Positions 11,334 through 24,217 are shown, numbered from the whole stretch's first letter. The stretch is DNA of 62,844 nt, filler included, from Basidiobolus ranarum (GCA_040143965.1; 51 parts of 51 records of this genome joined end to end with filler, not necessarily neighbours in it), one strand, 5' to 3'. A program made the numbers and translations. The notes: generated from the letters alone by a model not told the origin.

Positions 11334-12288
11334 AATTTCCACTGAATTCAGCCAAAATATCTTCAACTTGCAGTCAACAAATGTCCTACCACAAGTAGAT
11401 GTGTCATTGCTTATATTGATTAACCGATGGCTAGAGCAAAAAAACTGTATATCTCAATCAATCTCACCACAAAGTCTGTCTTGCAGCTTTCCTAGAAAAA
11501 TAATCATATTACCACACAAACAAATTAGTCTAAAATATAAAGGTACTTACTCTGAGTCCATGAATTAGGTTTTGTTGCTGCTATTATACTAAAACAATGC
11601 TATAACCAGTGAACATGTTGAAAAGAGCCCTTTGTTTGAAGGTTAACAAATTCTGGAGTCTCCTTAACCTATTACATCACAATTATCACTGATTTTGCTG
11701 AAACATTGTTTATCAGATTTGCATATATCAATATGGATGATTTCACATGGAGCAATATTTCACCACAGGTGCACTCCATTGCAAACTTTCAGAAAGTATA
11801 GCAAGGGCCAATAATCTCTAAGCATTGTGAAAGATACAGCAGGGAACATGTTGAATACTGGCATAGATTCAGTCAATCTTTTAACCTGTGATAATGTTTT
11901 CACCACCAATTACTAAATCTTTGCACATTTGCTATATCTGCATGAGACCTGCCAATGTGTGTTGATGCTGCAAGAATATATCAGCAATATCCACAAACAC
12001 CTCTCAATATTGCCAATACTTATGAGGCAGAAATCTTTTCAAAATTCAAATGGTATATATACAAATCCAATACCTCCAGTCTTTTCTCTTGAATAAATGC
12101 CTAGATGAGTGAATGTTGAGGGGAGACCTGGTAAAATATGATAGTATCTTGACATTTTCAAGCATTTTCTTAATTGATGAAAACTTTGATCCTATCTCAA
12201 AAGGCTCATTCATATTGAATTTACAACTATGTAGCAGAGTAGGTAGTATTGGATTGTTATTAAGAAGTAAGTGAACCATGCCTAATGG
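11334..12288 (-). mobile_element. CACTA transposase 3' half, decayed
   Basis: Homologous to 32164-33160 and 16101-16900. Confidence 0.9.
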
Positions 12289-12388
12289 NNNNNNNNNNNN
12301 NNNNNNNNNNNNNNNNNNNNNNNNNNNNNNNNTTAATTAATTAANNNNNNNNNNNNNNNNNNNNNNNNNNNNNNNNNNNNNNNNNNNN

Positions 12389-13526
12389 CATATGTCCAAC
12401 CAATTTCAGGTTGTTGTGTGGGCATAATGGTCTGACACATATTCTGCTCTGCTAGATTGGGATGGTGACATTCACATGTATGCTGTGGGATTGATTGAAA
12501 TCCTGTTTGGGAATAGATGGAGGGAGCAGCATGTTGCTGCAGCTCAAGTATAGCATTCTGAAGGTTTTGTATCATTATTGAGTGACACTCTGACTATTGA
12601 CTAGTTGGTTCCAAATGCTGCATTAATTGCAATATTGTTGCATTATTACTTGTCATGTCCTGTATAGCAACTTTGTAGTTTTTACTTCTGATTGCATACA
12701 TATTACTATGGTGTTCTGCCTGCAATTCCATTTTTGTAATAATTCTATCAAAATTTTCTGCAGAGGGCTATTCAATAGTGGGCAAAGTAGCCATTTTGGA
12801 AGTTAATGGTCTTGATGGTGTTTTGGTTGAACTTTGCTCAACTATTGATTGACTACATAGTTGGGGGATTACAATCTCTTTACTTGCACTATTGCTGGAA
12901 AGGAACACATCTGAAAAATTGATTAATGCTCTATCATTACTTAAGTTAGTTTCTGTCATGTTAATGCCTTCCAAAGTGGTAGTGGAATGCTAGACTGCTC
13001 ATCAATTAAGTCCTCTGTTCTTGCTGGTTTTTTTCCTTTCATGCCAGCAGGCTTCAGTTTGCAAGCCAATTTTGATTTTGATTTTGTATGCTTTTTGAAT
13101 GGCATTGAAATTTTCAGATGGTAAACTTGGTGTAATGAAATTGCTTAGAAACAGCTGATAATAAACCAAAATTGCTACCCAATACCAGAAATATCTTGTA
13201 TATCCCCTGATGACTGACCTGTGTCACCATCTCAGAAACAGCTGATGATATTGATGGGCTATACCTAAAAACCACCCTAATGCAGGAGGTGTTCTTTTTT
13301 CCACAATATTGTTCTCATGCCACAACACAAATGTTTAAAGAAGCCCTGCTATTATTGTCACAAATTCTTGTGCTATGAAAGCTGGAGGATTTATGGAAAA
13401 ACTAATCACAATCATGGTCACTGTACAAAGCCACCAGCTGCACAAAGCCTGGTGAATATCAATACTAATAAGTGCACAAAATTGACTTTAGTGTGGCCCA
13501 CTGAGTCTACTGACTGTACTTTGCCT
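12389..13526. mobile_element. CACTA centre: ORF2 5' part (minus, ATG 13105), 155-bp spacer, transposase 5' part (plus, from 13261)
   Basis: Same divergent layout at 15186-16000 and 51883-53012. Confidence 0.88.
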
Positions 13527-13626
13527 NNNNNNNNNNNNNNNNNNNNNNNNNNNNNNNNNNNNNNNNNNNNTTAATTAATTAANNNNNNNNNNNNNNNNNN
13601 NNNNNNNNNNNNNNNNNNNNNNNNNN

Positions 13627-13701
13627 CTACACCCAAGTACTCTCCTGCCTTCTAGCCTCTTGTTGTTGTTTCCAGTCCTTGTCCAGTTCCTTATTGTGAC
13701 A
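13627..13701 (-). mobile_element. LTR family C 5' end inserted in transposase
   Basis: ...ttattgtgaca junction; matches 50442 onward. Confidence 0.82.
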
Positions 13702-14763
13702 GCAACTGGGTGTTTATTGGTTATCTTACACCTTGACCACTGTTGATTGGCAACTGCGGCCTGCCACAGCCCTGGTAAAAGTGTAAAACACTTGTCAATT
13801 GTATGACTTATAATTCTTCAGTAATTAAACTGCCTTCATGTCCAAATGGTTGTTTGGCTTTCACAGATGATCTGTAAAACCTGAAGTCATGTACTGCTTG
13901 CACACAACTGGCAATCATTGCATCAGGTAAATATTGTTTGTATTTGGCTTTCATACCACTGATTCCCTATCTTGAAGTTTTGACAAAGTCACCCAAATAT
14001 AGATCATGGATCAAATACTAAAGTACTCACCATAAAGCTGATGGTATTACCAATATACTTGATGAATATCACTAGCAGAATCTGAATAGTCAAGGTTTTG
14101 TTGAGAACATATATGAACATGCATTTGCATTGGCTCTGGATGGTTTCTCACTAAACAAATATACCATTAGAAAGCCTTGCTGGCCAATAATTCTAATTAA
14201 CTTAAATATCCTTCCTTCTGAATGGTATTGTAGTCATAATATTTTGATCCTATCCATCATCTCTGTGCATCAATCACCAGTACTTATAGATAGCTTCTTC
14301 AAGCCTTTGATTGTGGAGCTTGAATGGTTATCAAATATGGTTCAGATTGCTCAGTATTTTATTAAATCTAATATCATTGTATGTATTGGTGACACTCTTG
14401 CCATCAGTAAACTTGGAGGTTTTTGTGTGCACAATGCACTATCTTGCTGTAGATTTTGTCAAAACAATAGATTTTACTCTATCAGGCATATTCCTTACTA
14501 CTATCCATATACAAAACTAAACTCTATGAGTTTACCGTCGAGAGCCTGGTCAGATATCAACATGATCGCTGAGATCAATACACCACAATAGTCAGTCTAA
14601 CAGCAAACTTGGTATGAGCCATAAGCCTAAGATTATACTGCTCAAGAGATCAGCAGCAGCCAGAGCTTCCCATTCTTAGAGTTTATATGCCCTTGCTATA
14701 CATTCTGGGAGTTCCCAATGGAGCACACCTGTAGTGAAATGTTGCTCTGTGTGAAATTGTCAG
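13702..14763 (+). mobile_element. CACTA transposase with an internal deletion near 14674
   Basis: CPNGCLAF..LKSCTAC zinc motif, DGF, GDT.A; jumps from SQSFP to the CYTFWEFPME region. Confidence 0.92.
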
Positions 14764-14863
14764 NNNNNNNNNNNNNNNNNNNNNNNNNNNNNNNNNNNNN
14801 NNNNNNNTTAATTAATTAANNNNNNNNNNNNNNNNNNNNNNNNNNNNNNNNNNNNNNNNNNNN

Positions 14864-15185
14864 TATGGATGGAATACAAAGCCTAAAATATCTAAATAAA
14901 GGCATGCATATTAATTCAAATTCCTACAGCAGTAAACCCAGTAATTTGGCATTCGAGAATTATATTTTTGCAAAAATTGCTGGATATTGATTAACGCATG
15001 CCAAATTTGAGGATCAATATTTTAACATGTATGAATACCGCCTAGATTCCGTCAAGAAACTGCCGTCACATCATCAAAATACCTGGCAGAATGCAGGCCA
15101 ACAATATTGTGACGGTTCTCTGATGGTTTTACTATTTCAGAGGGTGGATCCAATCCGGATCAAATCGATTTTATTTTTGTTAGGG
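14864..15185 (+). mobile_element. CACTA right end (CpG-rich, young copy) inserted into ORF2 of another copy
   Basis: Ends ATTTTTGTTAGGG at 15185; ORF2 sequence follows immediately. Confidence 0.88.
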
Positions 15186-16000
15186 TTCATCTTTACTTGA
15201 GTTAGTTTCCAGCATGTTAATGCCTTCCATAGCGGATGGTAGATTGATACACTGCTCATCAATTAAGTCCTCTGTTCTTGCTGGTTTTCTTCCTTTTGTA
15301 CCAGCAGGCTTTGGCTTGGAGGCTGATTTTGATTTAGATTTTGAATGCTTTTTGAATGGCATTCAAATTTTCAGATGGTAAACTTGGTGTAACAAAATAA
15401 CTTAGAAAAAGCTTTTAATAAGCCAAAATTGCCATCCATTAGTGGAAATATCTTGTAAATCCCCTGATGACTCATCTCTGACACTGTTTCAGATGCAGCT
15501 GATGATATTGATGGGCTATACCTAAAATACCATTGTTATGTAGGAGGTGTTCTTTTTTCCACAAAATCCACCTCCTGCCAAAACACAATGTTTAAAGAAG
15601 CCTTGCTATTTTTGTCACAAATTCTTGAGCTATGAAAGCAGGAGGCTTTATAGAAAAAACAATCACAAGTATGGTCACTGAACAAAGCCACCAGCTGCAC
15701 AAAGCCTGGTGTATATCAACAATAATAAGTGCACCAAATTGACTTTAGTTTTGCCCACTAAGCCTACTGATTGTACTTGAGCTCAAAGTTTTGGTAACAC
15801 TGCCAAAAGTCAAGATACCATGGAGTTACCACAATCATATGACCTGAATGATGTAGGTCAAAATGCAACTTTGGTTGAACCAGTAAGTACAGACAACTTT
15901 GAGGAATTGCTGCTAGATATTGAACTTGGTTATTCTAGTACCTGTGGTAGTATATCAGAAGTTGAAGAAGAAGAAAATGATGTTGTTACGGACTCTTTGT
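15186..16000. mobile_element. CACTA centre: ORF2 start (minus, 15362), spacer, transposase N-terminus (plus, ~15518)
   Basis: MPFKKHSKSKSK.. on minus; KPCYFCHKF..HGH and acidic tract on plus. Confidence 0.88.
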
Positions 16001-16100
16001 NNNNNNNNNNNNNNNNNNNNNNNNNNNNNNNNNNNNNNNNNNNNTTAATTAATTAANNNNNNNNNNNNNNNNNNNNNNNNNNNNNNNNNNNNNNNNNNNN

Positions 16101-17237
16101 GGAAGTCTGTCTTGCAGCTTCCCTGAACATACCATCAGATTATCACACAAACAAATTAGTCCAAATTTTAGAGGTACTTACTCTGTGTCCATGGATTGGG
16201 CTTTGTTGCTATATTTGTGCTTAAACAATGCAAAAACCTGTGAGCACATTGAAAAGAGCCCTTTGTTGGAAGGTTAATATACTCTGGAGTCTCCTTAACC
16301 AATTGCATTACATCCATCACTAATTTTGCTGTTACATTGTTGATCAAAGTAGTATACAGTAATATTGATTATTTCACATGGAGCATCATTTCACCGCAGA
16401 TGTGCTGCATTTGGAACTCCCAGAATGTTTAGCAAGGACCAATAAACTCTGAGCATGGTGAAAGATGCAGCAGGGAATGTATTGAATACTGGCATTGATT
16501 TTGTCTATCTTCTTTAAGCCTGTAATCAATTTTTTCATCTTCAATTACAAAATCTTCACACAGTTGCTGTATCTGCCAATGTGAGTTAATGCCACATGAA
16601 TGTAGTAAAAATATCCACAAACAATCCCCAATGTTGCCAATACCTATCATGCAAAAATCTTTTCTAAATTCCACCTGAAATACTCGATTACAATACTTCC
16701 AGTCTTTGCATTTGAATAAATACCTAGATGAGTGGTTATTGATGGAAGTCCTGGTAAAATACAATGGTATCTTGATGTTTTCAAGCATTTTTGCAAGCAA
16801 TTCAGACTTTGATCCTACCTAAAATGGCTCATTTATATTGAATTTTCTACTATATAGCTGAGTAAGTAGTATTGAAAAGGTGTTGAATAGTTAGTGCATT
16901 GTGCCTGATAGGAAGGTCCGGCTCCAGCTGATCCCCTTTAACAATATACTCATAGGCTTATGACTAATAGTAAGTTTGATGTTAGACTGACTGTTTGGTG
17001 AATTGATATCAGTGATCATGTTGAAATCTGACAGGGCTCTTGATGGTAAAATCATAGAGTTAAGTACTGTATATGGGTAGTAGTAACACATATGCCTGAT
17101 AGAGTAAACTCCATTGATTTGACAAAATTTATAGCAAGACAGTGCATTCTTTCCACAAAAACCTCTAAGTTTACTGATGGCAGAAGTGTCACCAATTCAT
17201 ACAATGATATTAGCTTTAATAAAATATTCACCCATCT
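16101..17237 (-). mobile_element. CACTA transposase fragment, decayed
   Basis: Homologous to 7436-8290. Confidence 0.92.
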
Positions 17238-17337
17238 NNNNNNNNNNNNNNNNNNNNNNNNNNNNNNNNNNNNNNNNNNNNTTAATTAATTAANNNNNNN
17301 NNNNNNNNNNNNNNNNNNNNNNNNNNNNNNNNNNNNN

Positions 17338-17556
17338 TTTGTCAAGATGTAAACAAACTAGTATGTAGAATGTGTTAAGGAAGGTCCCAGGAACATTTAT
17401 GCAAAGTTTGGGGCTTCTTTGAAAAATCTATATATCTGAGAACTTCTAAGTATATTCCAATATTGAATAATGGGTGATATCTTAGTTCAATATAGGATAA
17501 CTAAATACTAAGCTATATATGACTATATAGGTGTCTAGGCAATGCTAATTTCAGCA
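17338..17556 (+). mobile_element. LTR family E, 3' part
   Basis: Matches ~57139-57384. Confidence 0.85.
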
Positions 17557-17769
17557 ATATTAACTCATATATTTTGGATATACTTCACAAATGTTAGAAA
17601 TATGCAAGAAGATAAAAATTTACAAACTCATCCAATACTTCCCAAACTTTAACCCCAACTTTCTTAACACCCCTAAGAACACAAATTTGTCATTATATTT
17701 CCATATTTCTAATACTTGTACAAATACCTATTTTCAACTCAATACAAATGTAAATCTGTTATTTCTTCC

Positions 17770-18217
17770 AGTTGTCATAAGCACTTCCAAAGAAGCCAGG
17801 GCAACCTTCAAAGAAAAAGACAGATTGGCATTTAGGGAAATATGTTTAAGACTGGGATCACAACAACTTATGCTAGTTAGAGATGCTGACTTTGCCAAGA
17901 ATGCATGGGAAATCCTAGTGAAACATCACAAGCAAAAAAGGCTTGCTCACATGATTATGCTACAATGAAAATACTTAAACTCTCATATGTCTGAGGATTC
18001 AGATATTAGGATATATGTGAATAGTGTTAAGACACTTCCCCAACAAGTCAAATCAATGAATTATGAAGTATCTGAAATGGACATAATCCTGACCAATATT
18101 AATGGTCTCCCTGAATCATATTCAGTGCTAGTACTCACTTTGGAAGCAATTGGGGATAAGCTTACTCAGCACTATCTGATCATTTGTCTATGTCAGGAAG
18201 AATTTAAAAGGAAAGAC
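17770..18217 (+). pseudogene. Copia gag (UBN2-type)
   Basis: KDRLAFREICL..AKNAWEIL..MSEDSDI..GLPESYSVLVLTLE. Confidence 0.85.
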
Positions 18218-18474
18218 TGTTGGATAATTAATCTTTATTCAACATCATAGTTGACTTTAGTTATGATACCTTTATCAGAAACAGAAAGCAATGTATCTAT
18301 AGCCCCAATATTCTATATAAGAATATCTCTATATCTATACAACAAGTATGTCTTATTACCCCCACTTATCTACTATATCTTATTACATAAACTCTTGAAT
18401 ATCTCAAACAATTGATTTACTTTTCTACTATATAAGTCATCATATACTCTTGAGAGTAAAGTAACTAAAACACA
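18218..18474 (+). mobile_element. LTR family F, 5' part
   Basis: TGTTGG start; homologous to 3019-3274. Confidence 0.85.
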
Positions 18475-18574
18475 NNNNNNNNNNNNNNNNNNNNNNNNNN
18501 NNNNNNNNNNNNNNNNNNTTAATTAATTAANNNNNNNNNNNNNNNNNNNNNNNNNNNNNNNNNNNNNNNNNNNN

Positions 18575-18982
18575 AAGAAGATAGACTGAATCTATGCCGG
18601 TATTCAATACATTCCCTGCTGCATCTTTCACAATGCTTAGAGATTATAGACCCTTGCTATACATTCTGGGAGTTCCCAATGGAGCACACCTGCGGTGAAA
18701 TGATGCTCCACGTGAAATTGTCAGTATTACCATATGATAATCTTATTATTTGTGTATCAGCAAAATTAGTGATGGATGTCATGTGATGGGTTAAAGAGAC
18801 TCCAGAGTATTTTAATCTTCCAACAAAGGGTTCTTTTCAATGTGCTCATGGGTTTTCACATTGTTTGAGCTCAATAACAGCAACAAAGCTCAATCCATGG
18901 ACACAGAGTAAGCACTTCTATGATTTAGACTAATTGGTTTATGTAAAAATCTGATAGAATTTCTAGGAATGCTGCAAGATGG
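18575..18982 (+). mobile_element. CACTA transposase 3' region
   Basis: [39 protein letters not shown]. Confidence 0.92.
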
Positions 18983-19391
18983 TGTAGTGGGGCAGCATTG
19001 CTACCCACTGGCAGGTTGATTTATTTCCACTGCGAGCTCATATCATTATTATTGCACAATTTCTATTTTATTATCCATATTTGACTTACCAATATTTTCT
19101 AGCAAATAATATCACACCATTAGTATTATCCCCTGTTATTTCAGATTTATCAGTATTAACCCACACTAGCCCTATTATTTTCTGGAAAATTCTACAATAT
19201 TCCGGAACTTTCTACAAGATTCTTGGAATATTTGATGATCGATTGAGTTTTGACCAATCCAAACTTGATTTTGCCAGAACATTCCATGACTTTCTGGATT
19301 TTTCTTCAACCTTCTGGAACATTCCACGGATTACTAATCTCATGATTTATGATGATATCATAACCCCAGATCCCCACTAATAAAATTCTCT
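18983..19391 (+). mobile_element. LTR-like family A; 3' boundary uncertain (could reach ~19536)
   Basis: TGTAGTGGGG start interrupts the transposase; homology to 361-767 stops at 19391. Confidence 0.75.
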
Positions 19392-19509
19392 GTAACTTTC
19401 TGGAAAATTCTCATCAGTAATCATCTACCTTCAGAAAAGTATAAATGGGAGCAATATCTTTTCAAATAAAAATCATTCTGGTATTCAACTAACATTTACT
19501 ACTTGTAAT

Positions 19510-19710
19510 CACCCCATATTTTCATCACCACTTACAAGACATTTGAAGAGGAAGCTCAAGAGAGACTACTAGAGGCAGTTACAGGCTACTGTGTGACTAG
19601 AAAGGATTTGACCGGCTCACAGGAAGTACTGACAGGTAGGTGTTATATTTCTGATACTTTATATTTTTTTCCCCAGCTTTGTCTGCATAGGCAAGAAACT
19701 TTTCATATCC
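19510..19710 (+). pseudogene. Second copy of spliced repeat ORF X; intron 19636-19676
   Basis: HIFITTYKTFEEEAQERLLEAV..; aligned to 768-950. Confidence 0.5.
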
Positions 19711-19810
19711 NNNNNNNNNNNNNNNNNNNNNNNNNNNNNNNNNNNNNNNNNNNNTTAATTAATTAANNNNNNNNNNNNNNNNNNNNNNNNNNNNNNNNNN
19801 NNNNNNNNNN

Positions 19811-19990
19811 TTTGGCATGCATTATTCAATATCCAGTAATTTTTGCAAAAATATAATTTTTGAATGGCAAATTACTAGGTTTACTGCTGTAGGAATTTGA
19901 ATTAATATGCATGCCTTTATTTAGATATTTTAGGCTTTGTATTCCAGCCATAATGATAATCAAAAAATATCTTGTTGTGTTTAGTCTCTA
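19811..19990 (-). mobile_element. CACTA right-arm fragment
   Basis: Reverse complement of ~4978-5163. Confidence 0.85.
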
Positions 19991-20147
19991 AACCTTAACC
20001 TAGTTTGTCAATGTATGGTACTTTGACAAATCAGCTATACAAGCACCTGATTGGCCTTAGACTTTGTATTCAGGTGCAGTCACCATACTACATATTTTCC
20101 TCTTTTGGGAATTACTGCTTGTACCACAAATCATCAGACTTTTAACA
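19991..20147 (-). mobile_element. LTR family I, 5' part
   Basis: Reverse complement of 57779-57930. Confidence 0.8.
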
Positions 20148-20946
20148 CTTACTTAGCTATATAGTGGAAAATTCATTATGAATGAGCCTTGTGAGATAGA
20201 ATCAAAGTTTGAATTGATTGGGAAAATGCTTGAAAACATCAAGATACCATCATATTTTACCAGGATTTCATCAGTAACCACTCATCTAGGCATTTATTCA
20301 AACACAAAGACTGGAAGTATTGGATCTGTGTATATTCCAGTGGAATTTTGAGGAGATTTCTGCCTGATAAGTATTGGTAACACTGGGAGTTGTTTGTCAA
20401 TATTGTTAATATATTCTTATGGCATGAACTCACATTGGCAGATCTCAGGCAGATACAGTGGCTGTGAAAAGATTTTATAATTGGATATGAAAAACTTTAA
20501 GTTTCAGTGCTATTCAAAATTTCAGATGCTTAGCAATTTTTCAACCATCAGTTTGCTGCTAAAGCATATTAATGTTGTTGAGTTATATCTAATCAGTCAA
20601 ATATATACATATGTAGAGACTAAACATAACAAGATTCTTGTATTTTTGGATTCTCATTATGGCAGGAATTCAAAGCCTAAAATGTCTAAATAAAGGCATG
20701 CGTATTAATTTGAATTCCTACAGCAGTAAACACAGTAATTTGCCATTTACAAATTATATATTGCAAAAATTGCCAGATATTGAATAACACATGCCAAATT
20801 TAAGGATCAATATTTTAACATGTATAAATACTGTCAAAATACTGCCAAGAAACTGCTGTGACACCATCAAAATGCCTGTCAGAATGCAAGCCACTAATAT
20901 TGTGATGGTTCTCTGATGGTTTTGCTATTTTGGAGGGTGGATTTGA
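20148..20946 (+). mobile_element. Internally deleted CACTA copy: transposase core joined (~20500) to the C-terminus and right arm
   Basis: Core sequence then ..YVETKHNKILVFLDSHYG..KPKMSK* and right-arm sequence on the same strand. Confidence 0.85.
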
Positions 20947-21046
20947 NNNNNNNNNNNNNNNNNNNNNNNNNNNNNNNNNNNNNNNNNNNNTTAATTAATT
21001 AANNNNNNNNNNNNNNNNNNNNNNNNNNNNNNNNNNNNNNNNNNNN

Positions 21047-22092
21047 TTCGAATAAATTTAAAAATAATTTCGTAAAGTCCGTAAGTAGATTTGAAAAATT
21101 AATTTCGTAATAAATTTAAAAATAATTTCGTAAAGTCCGTAATTAGATTTAAGATTTTAAATTCGAATTCGAGTTTAAATTAAGATTCGAATCAGATTCC
21201 TAGTTAGGTTCGAAAATAAAATTTTGCGAAATTATTTAAAAAAAAAGTTTCTAACCAAGATTTGGTCTGCGAGAAAGTTCTAATTTAGATTCGAATTTGG
21301 TTCTAAATTAATATTTTGCGAAATTATTTTAAAAAATTTAAATTAAGATTCTAATTTGGTCTTGAATTAAGTTCTAAGTTAAATCATAATTAGGTTCTAA
21401 ATTAATATTTTGCGAAATTATTTAAAAACTTTTAAATCTGGTCTGTGAGAAAGTTCTAAGTTAGATTATAATTTGATTCCTAGTTAAGCTCCCAATTAGG
21501 TTCTAATTAAAGTTTGTTACGAAATTATTTTTAAAAAGTTTTAAATTTAGATTCGAATCTGGTTTCTAATTAAGTTCTAAGTTAAATCATAATTACGTTT
21601 TAAATTAATATTTTGCGAAATTATTTTAAATCGGGTCTGTGAAAAAGTTCTAAGTTAGATCATAATTAGGGTTTGAAATAAATATTTTGCAAAATAATTT
21701 TAAAAAATTTAAATTTAGATTCTAATTTGGTCTCGAATTAAGTTCTAAGTTAGATCCTAATTTGGTTCTAATTAAAGTTTGTTACGAAATTATTTTTAAA
21801 TTTAGATTCTAATTCGGTCTTGAATCATGTTCTAAGTTAAATCATAATTAGGTCTAAATTAATATTTTGCGAACTTATTTAAAAACTTTTAAATCCGGTC
21901 TGTGAAAAAGTTCTAAGTTAGATTCTAATATGGTTCCTAGTTAAGCTCCCAATTAGGTTCTAATTAAACTTTGTTACGAAATTATTTTTTAAAAGTTTCT
22001 AATCTAGATTCTAATTATGTTTCTAATTAAGTCCCAATTTAAATTATAATCAAGTCCTAAATCATATCTTACGAAATTATTTTTTAAAAGTT
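21047..22092. repeat. AT-rich degenerate satellite (75-105 bp units marked by CGAAATTATTT; ~457-bp higher-order repeat; orientation flip near 21165)
   Basis: Marker motif recurs ~10 times; block tagttaagctcccaattagg at 21481 and 21938. Confidence 0.85.
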
Positions 22093-22282
22093 TAAACCCA
22101 ATATCAAAACTTAACCCATTAACTAACATCCCTACTCTTTTAAAAAAAACCTATCCCATGAATTATACAAAAATTATCTCTCNNNNNNNNNNNNNNNNNN
22201 NNNNNNNNNNNNNNNNNNNNNNNNNNTTAATTAATTAANNNNNNNNNNNNNNNNNNNNNNNNNNNNNNNNNNNNNNNNNNNN

Positions 22283-23418
22283 TAATGGTGAAGACTACTG
22301 CTCTAACGACTTTGCTAGCTTTTGCTCTAAACATGGTCTTAAGCAACAAACTACTGTACCTTATACTCCGCAGCAAAATGGAGTTGCAGAACATGCTAAT
22401 AGGACCATAGTGGAGATGTAAAGATCAATGTTTCATGATCAAAAGTTAGATTGCTAATATTGGGCTGAATTGGTCTCCACTGCAGTCTATATCAAAAACC
22501 GATGCCTAACAAGATTGCAACAAAATGCTACTCCATTTGAAACCCTATATGGATCAAAAACAAGTGTGGATCATATCAGGATCTTTGGTTGCACAGCTAA
22601 TTGCCTAATTCCAGCACAAAAATGCTCAAAATTGGAACCCACAAGCAGAAAATGCATATTTCTTGGCTACTGTAATGGATCCAAGGCCTACAGACTGTTG
22701 ATACCAAAAATCAGAAGTTAAACAAGTGCAGAGATGAGATTTTTGATGAAAAAGCAAATTTTTCACCTCAAATCACAGCTCTTGATCCAGAAAACACATT
22801 CAGCACTATTCAGGAGGTGTCTGACAAAATTCCAGCTGTATTTGAGCCCTATTCAACCAAAATGTCAGTCCCAATTACATTGAAGGATAATTCAGGACCC
22901 AGAAGATCATGTAGAAGGAGAAATAAGCCAGGAAACTGGTGGAACACTTCCACTGATGATGTGTATGCTTATGCAGCATTCTGTTACAAGCCACAGACTC
23001 TAGATCAAGCTCTGGAGTGTCCAAAATCATAATTATCGGATAGAGCAATGTCAGATGAGTTTTCATCACTCCAGGACAATAGAACGTTGGTTTAAAGTCC
23101 TCTTCCATCAGGGAGAAAGCCAATAGGTTGCAAATGGGGCTACAAAGTCAAAAATGGAGCTGATGAAACCATAGAAAGGTACAAAGCAAGATTAGTTGCA
23201 AAAGGCTATTCCCAAACTCCAGGAGTTGATTTAAATAAAACTTTTGCTCCAGTAGCTAAGTTTAGCTTCATTAGATCAATTCTGGCACTCTCAGCCATTC
23301 ATAACCTTGATCCACATCAAATGGATGTAAAAACGGCCTCTCTAAAGGGAAATCTAGAAGAAGAGATCTATATGGAGCAACCAGATGGATTTATTGACCC
23401 AAAACATCCTGATATGGT
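22283..23418 (+). pseudogene. Ty1/Copia integrase to RT
   Basis: YTPQQNGVAE.ANRTIVEM; RIFGC; CIFLGY..SKAYRL; RYKARLVAKGYSQ..G; HQMDVKTA.L.G. Confidence 0.95.
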
Positions 23419-23760
23419 NNNNNNNNNNNNNNNNNNNNNNNNNNNNNNNNNNNNNNNNNNNNTTAATTAATTAANNNNNNNNNNNNNNNNNNNNNNNNNN
23501 NNNNNNNNNNNNNNNNNNTGTTCAACCGTATAAAGGTACCATTATGAATTCTAAACTAACCCTAATCTCAAACAAGTTTACGTTTTTCTAGCGGGGACAT
23601 TTGAGCCTATGGGATATAGTAAGAAGGCTATATTTAGAAATCCATGAAAACTTGAGTAGCCAACAGAATTCGAGAAGATAAAATATGCATCAATTTGAAC
23701 AGATCCTTGGCTTGGTGATTCCGAAAAGTCATACAGCATGCAAACTAGACAAAAAGTAAA

Positions 23761-23834
23761 TGCTCACAGCAGGGGTCGAACCTGCGACCTTGGCGTTATT
23801 AGCACCACGCTCTAACCAACTGAGCTATGCGAGC
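23761..23834 (-). tRNA. tRNA-Ile(AAT)
   Basis: GCTCGCA..TAGCTCAGTTGGTTAGAGC..TGGTG CT AAT AA CGCCA..GGTTCGACCC..TGTGAGCA cloverleaf. Confidence 0.96.
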
Positions 23835-23839
23835 AAAGA

Positions 23840-23921
23840 CGACGACAGCAGGATTTGAACCTGCGCGGGCAGAGCCCATATGATTTCTAGTCATACGCCT
23901 TAACCACTCGGCCATGTCGTC
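23840..23921 (-). tRNA. tRNA-Ser(AGA)
   Basis: GACGACA TGGCCGAGTGGTTAAGGC..CT AGA AA.., long variable arm, GGTTCAAATCC..TGTCGTCG. Confidence 0.96.
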
Positions 23922-24145
23922 ATGTATATATCCAATGGAGGAAAAGTAAACACCTAGTTCGATAGCAGCTATGTGTGCTTTGACATCCCATGAAAGTAGG
24001 AGAACCACACCATAGTGACCATAAATATATGTAAAAAGGTCAGCGAGGTAAGTCTCTGTTTCATCGCAATAATGGCAATAACATTACACAATTCTTATCA
24101 CCAATATTACTTTCAAAAATTTTCAATGGATTCTACAAAAAAGCA

Positions 24146-24217
24146 AGGTCTCGCCGAGAATCGAACTCGGATTACAGGATTCAAAGTCCTGGGTGCTAAC
24201 CGTTACACCACGAAACC
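24146..24217 (-). tRNA. tRNA-Gln(TTG)
   Basis: GGTTTCG TGGTGTAACGGTTAGCAC CAGGA CT TTG AA TCCTG..GTTCGATTC..CGAGACCT; T-run terminator follows. Confidence 0.95.

Noticed and set aside
12660-12700. Possible GTATGC..CAG intron in ORF2
   Set aside because: The frame reads through without splicing, and removing the segment creates a stop.
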